IMG/VR virus record: IMGVR_UViG_3300033076_001447
Span: 1-25,161 of that record
Strand: one strand, 5' to 3'
DNA length: 25,161 nucleotides
Source of the DNA: a virus
Lineage: Duplodnaviria > Caudoviricetes
This document shows positions 7,574-16,653 of the stretch, piece after piece. The notes beneath the pieces are model-generated. The model was not told the DNA's origin and ran no database searches. It saw nothing but the letters and a program-made list of their open reading frames with translations. Position 1 is the first letter of the stretch, and every line of letters starts with the position of its first letter. Made by a program: the position numbers and the translations under genes.

Positions 7574-7576
7574 CGT

Positions 7577-7747
7577 ATGAATAAGCCAAAATTTAGTCTC
7601 AACGACATCGTCCACATCAATGAGACCTCGGGTGTAGGTCGCGTAGCCAGTATCGAATGGGATGGACGAAAATATCGGTATACAGTAGAATATTTTGACG
7701 GAAAAAAGAAAACAGCTTACGAACAAGATCTAATCAAGGTCCAATGA
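7577..7747 (+). CDS. Small SH3/KOW-like beta-barrel protein (56 aa; not in ORF track)
   Basis: MNKPKFSLNDIVHINETSGVGRVASIEWDGRKYRYTVEYFDGKKKTAYEQDLIKVQ fills the gap exactly; ATGA overlap with the next gene. Confidence 0.75.
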   Translation: MNKPKFSLNDIVHINETSGVGRVASIEWDGRKYRYTVEYFDGKKKTAYEQDLIKVQ

Positions 7748-8289
7748 ACGAAAACATGGCTCGTACGACCGAGTCTGCACAGATCACAAATAAAGGGTGG
7801 ACGGTATGTAAAAAGCGCAGTAAAAAGTACTCTTTAACGTTGCCTTATCTTGCGAGAGCCAGTAATAACGCAAAGGGTATCATGGTTAACATCGGCTACT
7901 TTGCCACCCGAGAAGATGCAGCCAGGCACGCGGTCGCAGCAGCGCATACCCATGGTACGCTTGATTGGGCAAAAACCATGCTCTGGTTTAAGCTCAAAGG
8001 CTATTCGATTTCCTTTGACGACGTGTTTTCTCACAAGAAAATAAGCGCACAAAAAGGCTGGTACACATCAAAAAATAAAACCTCTGCAGGCACTGTTTTT
8101 TACCAATTCCTTATAGGTCCAAGCCATAGCGAGTCAAAATACGCTATGAGCGCGTCGACAGTTGAAAAAACAATCGTCTTAGGTCTACCTCTCGCTAAGA
8201 AAAAGCCCTACTATAATGAACACAGCACCATCAGATGGCTCAAACGAAACAACCTCGAGCACCTCATCGAAGCCGCTAAAATTGTATGA
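7744..8289 (+). CDS. Basic protein with AP2-like DNA-binding motif
   Basis: Y.ARA......VNIGYFATREDAARH resembles AP2 (LG.F.T.EEAA). Lys-rich protein, AT-rich DNA. Confidence 0.6.
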   Translation: MNENMARTTESAQITNKGWTVCKKRSKKYSLTLPYLARASNNAKGIMVNIGYFATREDAARHAVAAAHTHGTLDWAKTMLWFKLKGYSISFDDVFSHKKISAQKGWYTSKNKTSAGTVFYQFLIGPSHSESKYAMSASTVEKTIVLGLPLAKKKPYYNEHSTIRWLKRNNLEHLIEAAKIV

Positions 8290-9601
8290 CTATCAGGACG
8301 AGGGCGCGGACTTTCTGTACGAGAGCGATCGGGCGATCATCCTCGCATCTGTAGGCGCAGGAAAGACCGCCATGACCCTCGTCGCCATTCAGGACATGAT
8401 ACAGGACTCCGTGGCCAGAAAATGGCTCGTAGTGGCCCCGAAACGTGTGTGCGAAGAGGTATGGCCTGTGGAGCGTGAGATATGGACGCCAAAATTGTCC
8501 ATGGCGGTAGCCGTCGGTACCCCCGCGCAACGCAACAAAGCGTTACGTGCAGGAAAAGACATCACGGTTATCAACTACGACAATATCCAGAAGCTGCCCG
8601 ACAACCTTCGCTTTGACGCGATCGTATTTGACGAGCTCACCAAGCTCAAGAACCCCAGCGGAAAACGATTCAAAGCGATATTCAACAAGATCCAAGACAT
8701 ACAGATCCGGTGGGGTCTGACCGGGTCGTTTACCAGCAATGGCCTTGAGGACGTTTTTGGCCAGTGCAAGATCATTGATCAGTCGATATTGGGTAGGGCA
8801 AAGGGTGCGTATATGCAGCAGTACTTCATCTGCATCAACCGGGAGTATGGCCAGTATGTCCCAATAGCCGGATCACTGGCCAAGGTCATGGATCGAATAA
8901 AGCCGATAGCGTTTTTGCTCGACAATAAGGAGTACAAAGACAAGCTACCGCCGCTTCATCCGGTCAAAGTGAAGGTCCGTCTGGACGACCGGGTGCCTTA
9001 CGAACGGATGAAAAAAGACCTCGTAACCGAGGTTGCAGGCGAGCAAATAACCGCGTTAACCGCGGCAGCTATGACGCAAAAACTTCAGCAGTTAGCCAGC
9101 GGCTTCGCGTACACTTCGGACATTTTCCCGCAAAGTACAGAGTTTACGAAAAAAGCAGTATGGCACTCGTACCATAAATTCGAAAAACTCGACGAGATCA
9201 TCGAGGAGAATCAGCATGCTCCAACGTTGGTTTTTTACAACTTTATCGAAGAGCTCGAAGAGCTAAAGCGCAGGTATCCTCATCTGCAGACTCTCGATTC
9301 TCCGAACGCCGTATCGCGGTTCAACGAGGGCAAGATCGAGCTTTTGGCTGCGCACCCAAAGAGCGCCGGCCATGGGCTGAACCTGCAGGGCTGCGCTCAC
9401 CACATGGTGTTCCTGTCGCTCCCTTGGTCTTTTGAGCTGTACGAACAGGCCGTCGGTCGCCTACATCGCGGAGGTCAAAAACGTGAGGTGTGGTGCTATT
9501 GCCTGATGACTGAGAATACGATAGATGAGAGGATCTGGAGCGTGCTGCACGATAAAAAAGCTCTGGCCGAGGCGACCATTGATGAGTTGAGAGGAAAATA
9601 A
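8216..9601 (+). CDS. SNF2-family / DEAD-like SF2 helicase
   Basis: YDYQ Q-motif, GAGKT, FDELT, LTGS, SAGHGLNLQ, QAVGRLHRGGQ. Start is uncertain (ATG 8216 or TTG 8282). Confidence 0.93.
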   Translation: MNTAPSDGSNETTSSTSSKPLKLYDYQDEGADFLYESDRAIILASVGAGKTAMTLVAIQDMIQDSVARKWLVVAPKRVCEEVWPVEREIWTPKLSMAVAVGTPAQRNKALRAGKDITVINYDNIQKLPDNLRFDAIVFDELTKLKNPSGKRFKAIFNKIQDIQIRWGLTGSFTSNGLEDVFGQCKIIDQSILGRAKGAYMQQYFICINREYGQYVPIAGSLAKVMDRIKPIAFLLDNKEYKDKLPPLHPVKVKVRLDDRVPYERMKKDLVTEVAGEQITALTAAAMTQKLQQLASGFAYTSDIFPQSTEFTKKAVWHSYHKFEKLDEIIEENQHAPTLVFYNFIEELEELKRRYPHLQTLDSPNAVSRFNEGKIELLAAHPKSAGHGLNLQGCAHHMVFLSLPWSFELYEQAVGRLHRGGQKREVWCYCLMTENTIDERIWSVLHDKKALAEATIDELRGK

Positions 9602-9633
9602 AAAAGCCCCGCAGGTAACCAGCCGTACGGGGC
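9600..9633 (-). terminator. Rho-independent terminator (minus strand) at the convergence of the two arms
   Basis: Minus strand GCCCCGTA...TGCGGGGC stem (one G-U) followed by TTTTTT. Confidence 0.85.
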
Positions 9634-9672
9634 AACTCAACAAAACGGAGAGGGTGACAGTGGGTATCACCA
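9600..9672 (-). ncRNA. Candidate small regulatory RNA (5' hairpin, anti-SD linker, terminator)
   Basis: Hairpin GGUGAUA-CCCAC-UGUCACC, linker CUCUCCGUUUUGUUGAGUU, then the terminator. Promoter-like sequence directly upstream. Confidence 0.55.
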
Positions 9673-9677
9673 TGAGA

Positions 9678-9705
9678 AATATACCTCTTTTAGCGACACT
9701 TCCAA
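9678..9705 (-). promoter_or_regulatory. Sigma70-like promoter TTGGAA-16 nt-TATATT
   Basis: Minus strand -35 at 9705-9700 and -10 at 9683-9678, directly after the stop of the last late gene. Confidence 0.5.
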
Positions 9706-9709
9706 ATAC

Positions 9710-11974
9710 TTATTGTTGAGGAAGCACCCCATAATCCTCACCCATCTCATCCACATTCTCGTACAAAGTCGGGTTCACCGGTTGCTGAGGCTCCTCACCG
9801 ACCATAAATGTTTGTGCGGGTACATCATACTGGGGCGCGATAGCGCTTACATCCTCGCTGTCCGGGACCTGATACTTCGCTCCGAGCGCATGAATGCCGC
9901 TGCCAACAAGCCCGGCTTCTGGAGTGGCGCCTCCGCTGATGCCGAGCTCGAGCCACCGGTTGATCACCTGAGACCGGCGCTCTTTCTTTATGGCCTTATC
10001 CAACGCGGTTTTTGCCGTCGCAGGGTTGAGCATGTCTGTCGCGAACTTCTCAGCCTCTTTCAGCGTCCATTGGCCCTGTGTGTTCTTCAGTATCCACTTG
10101 ACCATAGTCGCCTGAGGGTTCCACAAATCAGGCAGATTGATGTTCTCTGGCCTGTAAATGGTTTTCGCCAGCTCATGCGCGTCCTTGTCATTTGCTGCGC
10201 TCAGGTACGAGGCTTCACTTGCGATATCGTCGCCTACCGTGCGGAGCTTACCGAGGTCATCCTCGGCACCTTCAAAAACAGCGTCCAGATTATTGAACAG
10301 GGTCTGTCCCGTAGCTGCTTTGATGGTTTTTGCCTGATTGGCAAGCGCAGCCTGATAGGCTTCCGGTCCTTTCTTTTCGAGGATATCGCTCAGGTACAGG
10401 CCGATCTGTTTTCTGTGCAGAGGCGCCCACATATTGCGATACGCAGCGTCTGCTGCAGCATACTCAGGGAACTGATTGTACAGCGCATCTTTGACCTTGA
10501 CGAGCGACTTTTTGATGAACGCGTTATTCCGGTCACCGATCATACCCTTGAGGTCGTCGATGATCGATGCGGCGGCAGCTGAGCTCGATTCAAGCTCGCC
10601 GGTGCCGATATCGTAGATGTTTCGCCTGATGGAGTTCAGCGACTCAATCAACTTCCGGTTTTTCGGGTTCCTCTTTATGAGATCCTGAATCGTGGCCTCG
10701 ACAGGCTGGAGATCTATAGCACGATCGAGATTTCTGGCCGCATCGTAGGGTAAATCGCCAGCCTTACTTACCGCGTCGGACAACCGGTCGATATCCTCTT
10801 GGGCCGCCGCGGTCTCTCGAACCATGTTTTGTCGTACGTTAGAGCGTTTCAGCGCCAAATCCATGTACGACCGGCGGGACTTCTCTGTGGCTCCATGGAT
10901 CACGTTCTGCATGGCCGCAAGAATCTTACCTCCGACTCCTGCTCCCGCAGCCTTTTCACCCGCGGTACGGAACTGACCAAACACGTCCTCTCCGCCGTAG
11001 CCATACGGTGCGCTAGGACCCATGGCAAACCCGCTGCCACCCGTGGGCGGCTCTTCGTACCCAGAGACCGGTGCAGTGCCCTTGACGCGCGTTTGCGGCG
11101 CTTTCGCAGCGCCTATGGCCTCTTCGGGTGCGACTGCCGGCACGCCACCGGGAGTTATGCCCGGAGGGTACACGCCCTCGGGTGCAACGTCCGTCGCAAT
11201 CTCCGGACGCTTCACTTCAGGGATGCCCGCCGGCCGGCGAACGCCGGGTGCGGCACGCTCACCAGTGAACAGCTCCGATTCACCAAGGCGGGCCTCGGGT
11301 GTGACCAACGATTCACGGACCTCGCTCATCGTCGGCCCAAGCATACGCCGGATCTCCGCAGTCGTCGGATCAACGATGTTTCGCGCACCTCGAAAAAGGT
11401 TTCGTCCAACGTTGACTACCGGACGTATAAGCAGTTTCTCCCCCGGGAGCATAGGGTTGGTGTAAGGCAGAACCTTACCCGCGGTTTCCGCAGCCTTGGC
11501 TGTGACGCCCAGCGCTCTTGCCGCGCCGAGCGATCCTTCGGCAATTTTCGCAGCTTCGGCCGCGCGAAGACCCGCGCCAACAGCGGTTGCGCCTTTAGCC
11601 GCAGGACCCGCCAGCATTGCAGCTACGTCTGCCGGATGCTCGTACGCCCAGTCAGCTATTTGTCCGGGGATCTGCTCCGGATGCGACATAGCCGTCTTGA
11701 CCGCTTGCGTGGCCCCTTGGGCTCTTTCGACGGCGCGCTCCTTGGCCCCCGGGTGCAGACCATACGCTTCCTCAAGCGCGCTATAAGCTGCTCCGGGAAG
11801 GGTTGGTATAAGGTCTGGCAGCTGCGCCAGACCAGAGTACATTTCACCCACGTTTCGCATGAAGTTCATGCCAAGTCCGCCGAGTGTGCGCTCTTTTTCC
11901 GGCGCTTCTGACACGGGCTTCGCAGACGCGAGATCAAAGCTTGTGCGCTTTGCAGACGAGAGATCGAAGGCCAT
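9710..11974 (-). CDS. Probable internal virion / DNA ejection protein (754 aa)
   Basis: Last gene of the podovirus ejection cluster; Ala/Gly-rich hydrophobic segment, helical C-terminal half, N-terminal FDLxSAK repeat; TAATG coupling. Confidence 0.65.
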   Translation of the reverse strand: MAFDLSSAKRTSFDLASAKPVSEAPEKERTLGGLGMNFMRNVGEMYSGLAQLPDLIPTLPGAAYSALEEAYGLHPGAKERAVERAQGATQAVKTAMSHPEQIPGQIADWAYEHPADVAAMLAGPAAKGATAVGAGLRAAEAAKIAEGSLGAARALGVTAKAAETAGKVLPYTNPMLPGEKLLIRPVVNVGRNLFRGARNIVDPTTAEIRRMLGPTMSEVRESLVTPEARLGESELFTGERAAPGVRRPAGIPEVKRPEIATDVAPEGVYPPGITPGGVPAVAPEEAIGAAKAPQTRVKGTAPVSGYEEPPTGGSGFAMGPSAPYGYGGEDVFGQFRTAGEKAAGAGVGGKILAAMQNVIHGATEKSRRSYMDLALKRSNVRQNMVRETAAAQEDIDRLSDAVSKAGDLPYDAARNLDRAIDLQPVEATIQDLIKRNPKNRKLIESLNSIRRNIYDIGTGELESSSAAAASIIDDLKGMIGDRNNAFIKKSLVKVKDALYNQFPEYAAADAAYRNMWAPLHRKQIGLYLSDILEKKGPEAYQAALANQAKTIKAATGQTLFNNLDAVFEGAEDDLGKLRTVGDDIASEASYLSAANDKDAHELAKTIYRPENINLPDLWNPQATMVKWILKNTQGQWTLKEAEKFATDMLNPATAKTALDKAIKKERRSQVINRWLELGISGGATPEAGLVGSGIHALGAKYQVPDSEDVSAIAPQYDVPAQTFMVGEEPQQPVNPTLYENVDEMGEDYGVLPQQ

Positions 11975-13872
11975 TAGTCTACCTCCTCAAATTGGGTATT
12001 ATCAGGGCTTACGTATGCCTTATTACCGTTTTTATCTACTTTAAGCACCCAGCCACGGCTATTTACCTGAGGGATTGTTACCGGCTTGGCTGCCGGGGTT
12101 GTCCCCGCGGCGGGCTGTAGCGCTCGACCGGCGCCTGTGCGCATCGATTCGAGAATTACTTTCCGCGACTGAGCCTTCTGAGCTATGGTTTTAGGGTCGT
12201 CGCCATATTTCGGCATAAGGGCCTCAACAGTCTTTTTAGCCTCCATTACGGTAACACCTTTACCCGTGAGATGGTAGATAGCCATCAAACCAAAAGTGTC
12301 CTGTGCTTGCTTTACCCTCTGCTCTTCTCCAGACTGCATGGGCGACGCCATTTGTTTAATGCTTTCCCCAGCCCACGGTATATTTCCCAAAGCCGCAGGG
12401 ATACTTCCCTCACGGTATACGGGAGCCGCGAGCCTCTTACCTGTTACCGGGTCGACACCTGCGGCAAACGAAGAAAGCACGTTGTCCGCTTGAGCCGCTA
12501 CCTGATACAGACCAGCGGTGCGAGACTCTGCCTCGGTCAGCTTCGGGTGCTTATCCCCAGAGGCTCCCCTAGCTGCCGCTCTTTCGGCAATCGCGGCCTT
12601 ATGGTACGCCGTGGTTTCCGCAAGCTGACGTTCTCTCAAGTCGAATTCTTTTTGCTTCCACGAGAGATCCTCCATGTTTTTTCGTGCCTCAACGGCAGAC
12701 TCAAGGTCGCCCTTGGCCGCGGCTACACGATACTTCTGGATCTCAAGCTCCAGTTTGGTCTTGTTATCTCTCGCCGCGCGATCGGCAGCCGAAGACTCTG
12801 CGAGCTGTTGAGCTGCAAGGCCAACATTCTCCATAAAACCGCCGGTTCTGGTGGGTGCCGCTAAGGCCGCAGCAACCCTGAAATATTTCTCTGCTTGCGA
12901 CGCTTTGTCCTGCGGCGCGGTATCCAAGGATCGGGCGTACATGTCTTCGAGAGCCGTTTGGACCTTCTGATATCGCTTTTGCGCTGATGCGATATCGTAA
13001 GGATCTACACCCGCAGCAGAGGCCACCTCGCCACCATCGGCATACTTGGCTGCAAGGTCATGGACAGAGCCGCCTTTGGCGTACGTTGGGGCTTGCAGAA
13101 TGTCGGCGTACTCCGAGCCAGTCAGACTGCCACCGGCCATCCTCCGGTTGTACTCCTGCAGATACGCGTCATAGCTGGCCTGATCCTGCGCGTTCTTGTC
13201 TAGCTGAGCATTGTACGTGTCGACCGCGGTATTGTACGCGGCAAGGTCATCGCGGTACTTATCCGCATCGGTTTTTGACACGAGCCTTGACCCGCGAGCA
13301 TTACCCGGGAGCGTCGGCGCGACCGCGGTGAACGTAGGTACCGCAGCACCGGTGTAGGCCGCTGCTGCGGGTGTCGACACCCCGTAATGCTTCAGCATAT
13401 TGCCGAGTTCAAAACCGCCGTAAGTGGCGGCAGTACTCTGCGCTGTAGGTATAAGGTTAAGGGTAGGTGTACTTATAGCGTTCGGCGCACTCTGACGCTG
13501 ATTGAGCTGAGTGCTAAGACTTGAAACCGGGGTCAGGTTGAGAAAAGACCCGTCCTCTTGCCCTTTGTAGCCGGAGGTACCCCTGCTCGGGCTTACCTTA
13601 GCGTCGGCTGTCATGCGCATTGGGTCAACAGACTGAACCCCTTCTTCTTGGCCTTTGTAGCTGGATAGCCCTCTGCTCAGGTTTATAACTTTACCCATAT
13701 CGGACGTGAGCGCCGCCCCGTGAGCTGTCGCAGATCCGCCACTTGCGTAATTATGTGTACGCATCTGATCCAGCATAGCCGCTTCACGTCCGTTGACATG
13801 CACCAGCTCTCTGCTCCCTGATGGTTCATTAAGGCCATAGTCGGCCATGAGTCTGCTCATCTCTTTTTCCAT
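11974..13872 (-). CDS. Probable internal virion / ejection protein (632 aa)
   Basis: YAxGG repeats, LAAPTRTGGF.E motif, coiled coil; gene position. Confidence 0.65.
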   Translation of the reverse strand: MEKEMSRLMADYGLNEPSGSRELVHVNGREAAMLDQMRTHNYASGGSATAHGAALTSDMGKVINLSRGLSSYKGQEEGVQSVDPMRMTADAKVSPSRGTSGYKGQEDGSFLNLTPVSSLSTQLNQRQSAPNAISTPTLNLIPTAQSTAATYGGFELGNMLKHYGVSTPAAAAYTGAAVPTFTAVAPTLPGNARGSRLVSKTDADKYRDDLAAYNTAVDTYNAQLDKNAQDQASYDAYLQEYNRRMAGGSLTGSEYADILQAPTYAKGGSVHDLAAKYADGGEVASAAGVDPYDIASAQKRYQKVQTALEDMYARSLDTAPQDKASQAEKYFRVAAALAAPTRTGGFMENVGLAAQQLAESSAADRAARDNKTKLELEIQKYRVAAAKGDLESAVEARKNMEDLSWKQKEFDLRERQLAETTAYHKAAIAERAAARGASGDKHPKLTEAESRTAGLYQVAAQADNVLSSFAAGVDPVTGKRLAAPVYREGSIPAALGNIPWAGESIKQMASPMQSGEEQRVKQAQDTFGLMAIYHLTGKGVTVMEAKKTVEALMPKYGDDPKTIAQKAQSRKVILESMRTGAGRALQPAAGTTPAAKPVTIPQVNSRGWVLKVDKNGNKAYVSPDNTQFEEVD

Positions 13873-13883
13873 TATTCACCCCC

Positions 13884-14858
13884 TTACGTGTTTAGCGCTT
13901 TATTAAGCGCAAGCCCGCTAACGAGTTGCGAAAGCGGAGATGCTGAGTACGTTTGCCCGGTCGAAGAAGTCGATTGCGTCTGCGTCGTTGGTACGATCGG
14001 TGCAAGACCCCTGACCTGTGTGCTGAGCCAGTCGAGCTGACCCTTCGGATACGCCTGTGCGACGTCCCATTGCTGTTTTGCAGCATTGAGCTGCTGTTGC
14101 GCAAGGTTTTGCTGCGCCGCACCTGCCGATTCGAGAGCTGCCGTATCCGCGTAGGTGAGCTGCTGGCTCGTCTGTGCCATGTTCGCGAGCTGCTGCAATG
14201 CCGATTGCTGCCTTGCAAGGTCCGTGCTTGACAGCTGACCAACGGTCCCTGCGAGCTGAGCCTGTCGCGCGGCATCTGTTTGCTGAGCTGCGAGCGCCTG
14301 CGCATAACCTTGCTGCGCGACTTCAGCCTGCTTATTCAGGATGGCTTCCTGTGTGTCCCTGAGAGCTCTCTCGCCGAAAGTACCCATGCCGCTGGACCCA
14401 AATTGGCCGGCTTTGATGAACGCATCAGACACCCCGGGGAGAAGGTTTTCCGTGAGATTTCTGGCCCCCTGACTTGCAATCACGTCGAGCACCCCGCTCT
14501 GGTAGGGGTTCATGTACGCCTCAACCTGTGAAGGTGCCGTCTGCGACGCTGCGTTCAGGTAGGGTTGTGCAGACGTAAGCGCGCTTTGACCTGCGAGGTT
14601 TTGCGTCCCTGTCTGCGCCGTCCTCAGTGCTGGCGACCATGCGCCTTGCGCTGATTGAACACCTTGGTAGGCTTGCCGCTGCAAAGGCGTAAGGTCTGCG
14701 ACAAGAGGTGCCGCATACGCCTGATACGGGGTATTGGCGACGTTCTGAGACCATTGGATCTGATTGTAAATCGCGTCCTGCATCCACTTCGGCGTTTCCG
14801 AAGTAGACGTCACGTACGACGTCGCCGTCTGAGGCGTACCCTGAAAAATGCTACCCAT
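13884..14858 (-). CDS. Gln/Ala-rich ejection (DNA pilot-like) protein (324 aa)
   Basis: YQAY..P.VA.LTPLQ.QA, YMNPY, AGQFGSS motifs and Q/A-rich helices typical of podovirus injection proteins. Confidence 0.7.
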   Translation of the reverse strand: MGSIFQGTPQTATSYVTSTSETPKWMQDAIYNQIQWSQNVANTPYQAYAAPLVADLTPLQRQAYQGVQSAQGAWSPALRTAQTGTQNLAGQSALTSAQPYLNAASQTAPSQVEAYMNPYQSGVLDVIASQGARNLTENLLPGVSDAFIKAGQFGSSGMGTFGERALRDTQEAILNKQAEVAQQGYAQALAAQQTDAARQAQLAGTVGQLSSTDLARQQSALQQLANMAQTSQQLTYADTAALESAGAAQQNLAQQQLNAAKQQWDVAQAYPKGQLDWLSTQVRGLAPIVPTTQTQSTSSTGQTYSASPLSQLVSGLALNKALNT

Positions 14859-16651
14859 TACGCAACCCCTTTCAAATAGGTTAATGGCGATTTGGCATCC
14901 GGGCTTATCTTACCCTTAGCCAAAGCTTTGCCTTTCTGTTTTCTGATCTCCTCCCTCATACGATCAAGCGCTCGCGCTCCTGCCTCGTTCGACCCGTCGC
15001 CAAGCATGGCCACGGTTTCCGCATCCATAACATATTCACCATCACTCAATCTGGCATTGATCGAGTCGGTACGACCTGTTCCAGATCCCTTAGCGTACCG
15101 AGCGATCTGACTGAGCGCTCCACCTTTCGCCGCGGTCGCCACGTTGTATTGACCCGCGGTGATATTATTCCAGTTCTTGGCCATGAAAGTGCCAAGATCC
15201 ATGCCGGCAGATGCTGCGTCGCTCTGCAGCTTATCCCAGTCCCATACGAGCGACGGTCTGTTGAAGTATTCCTGCTGGCTTGGCGAAAGCGATGAGACAG
15301 CCTGCTGTTGCTCCGGCGTAGCTTGGCCACCCAGTGCGTTAGACATGAGCGCTACAGTGGCCAGTTTCGATAAAGTATTGCTTTTAGCCGGAGCTGCAGC
15401 TGCACTGGGCGCTTCGGAATAAGGCGTATACTTTGTTTCGCCTGTCACTGGCGATGTGAAGCTACTACCCGTCATCCCGAGTTCAGTATCACCCAAGCCT
15501 ACATCTTGCCAAGTCGGCTTATAAAAGTCAGTTTTCAGCCCCGTGTCAGGGATATTCGCAAGAGCTTCGGTACCGTCTCCGATACCATAGCCGAGCTGAC
15601 CGACCGCGGCATCAGACGGCTTAAACGACAGGCCGCCTGCAATACCTGCTAGACCTCCGCCTAGGACCGCGGTTTTCGGATCGTACCCCGCGGTAAGCAT
15701 ATTCCCCGCAGTTATGCCTGCGGTATTAAGCCCTGCGCCGAGAGCGGTGTCGGTCCCCACCGTGCCCGCAAGTTGGCCGAGCGCGCCACCAGCAGCCCCC
15801 GTAAGCGCTCCTTTGAGCACACCCTTACCCGTAATGGCGCCTGTGGCTGCGCCTACGAGCCCGCTACCTAAGATGGCCTGTCCTGTTTTATCAAGCCCAA
15901 GACCAAGCGTGCTGTTTGCCGCGTTACCTACCGTGCCCCCGAGACCGCCGCCAAGACCGCCGAGTACGGCGCCTTGGAGTACGTTGCCTCCAGATGCTGC
16001 AGATCCTAAGGCACCGAGAGCTGCACCTCCGACGATCGAAGATCCTGCCGCGCCCAGTACGCCCCCGGTGAGCGCGCTTCCGATCGCCGTGCCAATGCCG
16101 GGAAGAAGGATGGTTGCTACAGGGACGATGACCGAAGTGAGCGCTTTGAAGAAGCCACCTTTATACTCCCTCAAACCCGTATTCGGGTTGACGGTGCCGG
16201 CGCCGCCGACGCGTTCGAGCATCTCTCGCTCCCTTGCAGTGGTGTATGCCAGCATAGAGTCACCGCCGCGGCCTGCAGCGGCCAGCCGGGCAAGACCACC
16301 ATGGGCCATGGCCATGGGCTGCTGGGGTGGCTGCTGGGGTGGCATCTGCGGCTGCTGCGCCACACGCTCCTGAATCATGTAGAGCGCAATCAGGATTGAC
16401 ACGATAAGCGCAGGATCGAACTGTTCAGGTACGAGGCTCTCGTCGATAAAGCCATCACGAATAGCCGCGGCTCTGATCGTCGGGTACTGATCCGGGTGCT
16501 GAAGCACGAACTCCAGAACCTTGATGACCTCTTCGATTTCGCCCGGTTCGATCGGGGCAGACGCCAGTTTGGCCTCCATCACTTTTGCTGCTTGGGCGAC
16601 CGACGGATCGTTGGCAGCCATCTTCATGATCTGGTCTCTAATTGCAGACAT
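14858..16651 (-). CDS. Gly-rich internal virion / ejection protein (597 aa)
   Basis: GRGGD..LA, GGAGTVNPNTGLREY, long glycine-zipper hydrophobic region, C-terminal G.GTGRTDSI.ARLSDGEYV motif. Confidence 0.7.
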   Translation of the reverse strand: MSAIRDQIMKMAANDPSVAQAAKVMEAKLASAPIEPGEIEEVIKVLEFVLQHPDQYPTIRAAAIRDGFIDESLVPEQFDPALIVSILIALYMIQERVAQQPQMPPQQPPQQPMAMAHGGLARLAAAGRGGDSMLAYTTAREREMLERVGGAGTVNPNTGLREYKGGFFKALTSVIVPVATILLPGIGTAIGSALTGGVLGAAGSSIVGGAALGALGSAASGGNVLQGAVLGGLGGGLGGTVGNAANSTLGLGLDKTGQAILGSGLVGAATGAITGKGVLKGALTGAAGGALGQLAGTVGTDTALGAGLNTAGITAGNMLTAGYDPKTAVLGGGLAGIAGGLSFKPSDAAVGQLGYGIGDGTEALANIPDTGLKTDFYKPTWQDVGLGDTELGMTGSSFTSPVTGETKYTPYSEAPSAAAAPAKSNTLSKLATVALMSNALGGQATPEQQQAVSSLSPSQQEYFNRPSLVWDWDKLQSDAASAGMDLGTFMAKNWNNITAGQYNVATAAKGGALSQIARYAKGSGTGRTDSINARLSDGEYVMDAETVAMLGDGSNEAGARALDRMREEIRKQKGKALAKGKISPDAKSPLTYLKGVA

Positions 16652-16653
16652 AG

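Noticed and set aside
9461-9673. 70-aa minus-strand ORF starting just after the junction promoter
   Set aside because: It runs through the intrinsic terminator and antisense into the helicase gene; the region is better explained as ncRNA plus terminator.
9713-11911. Long + strand ORFs (289 aa, 370 aa) and similar antisense ORFs such as 5367-6308 and 15714-16373
   Set aside because: They are shadows of well-supported genes on the opposite strand, with no motifs and no operon context.
16317-16343. 12-nt tandem repeat encoding QQPP
   Set aside because: Ordinary in-frame low-complexity linker, two copies only.
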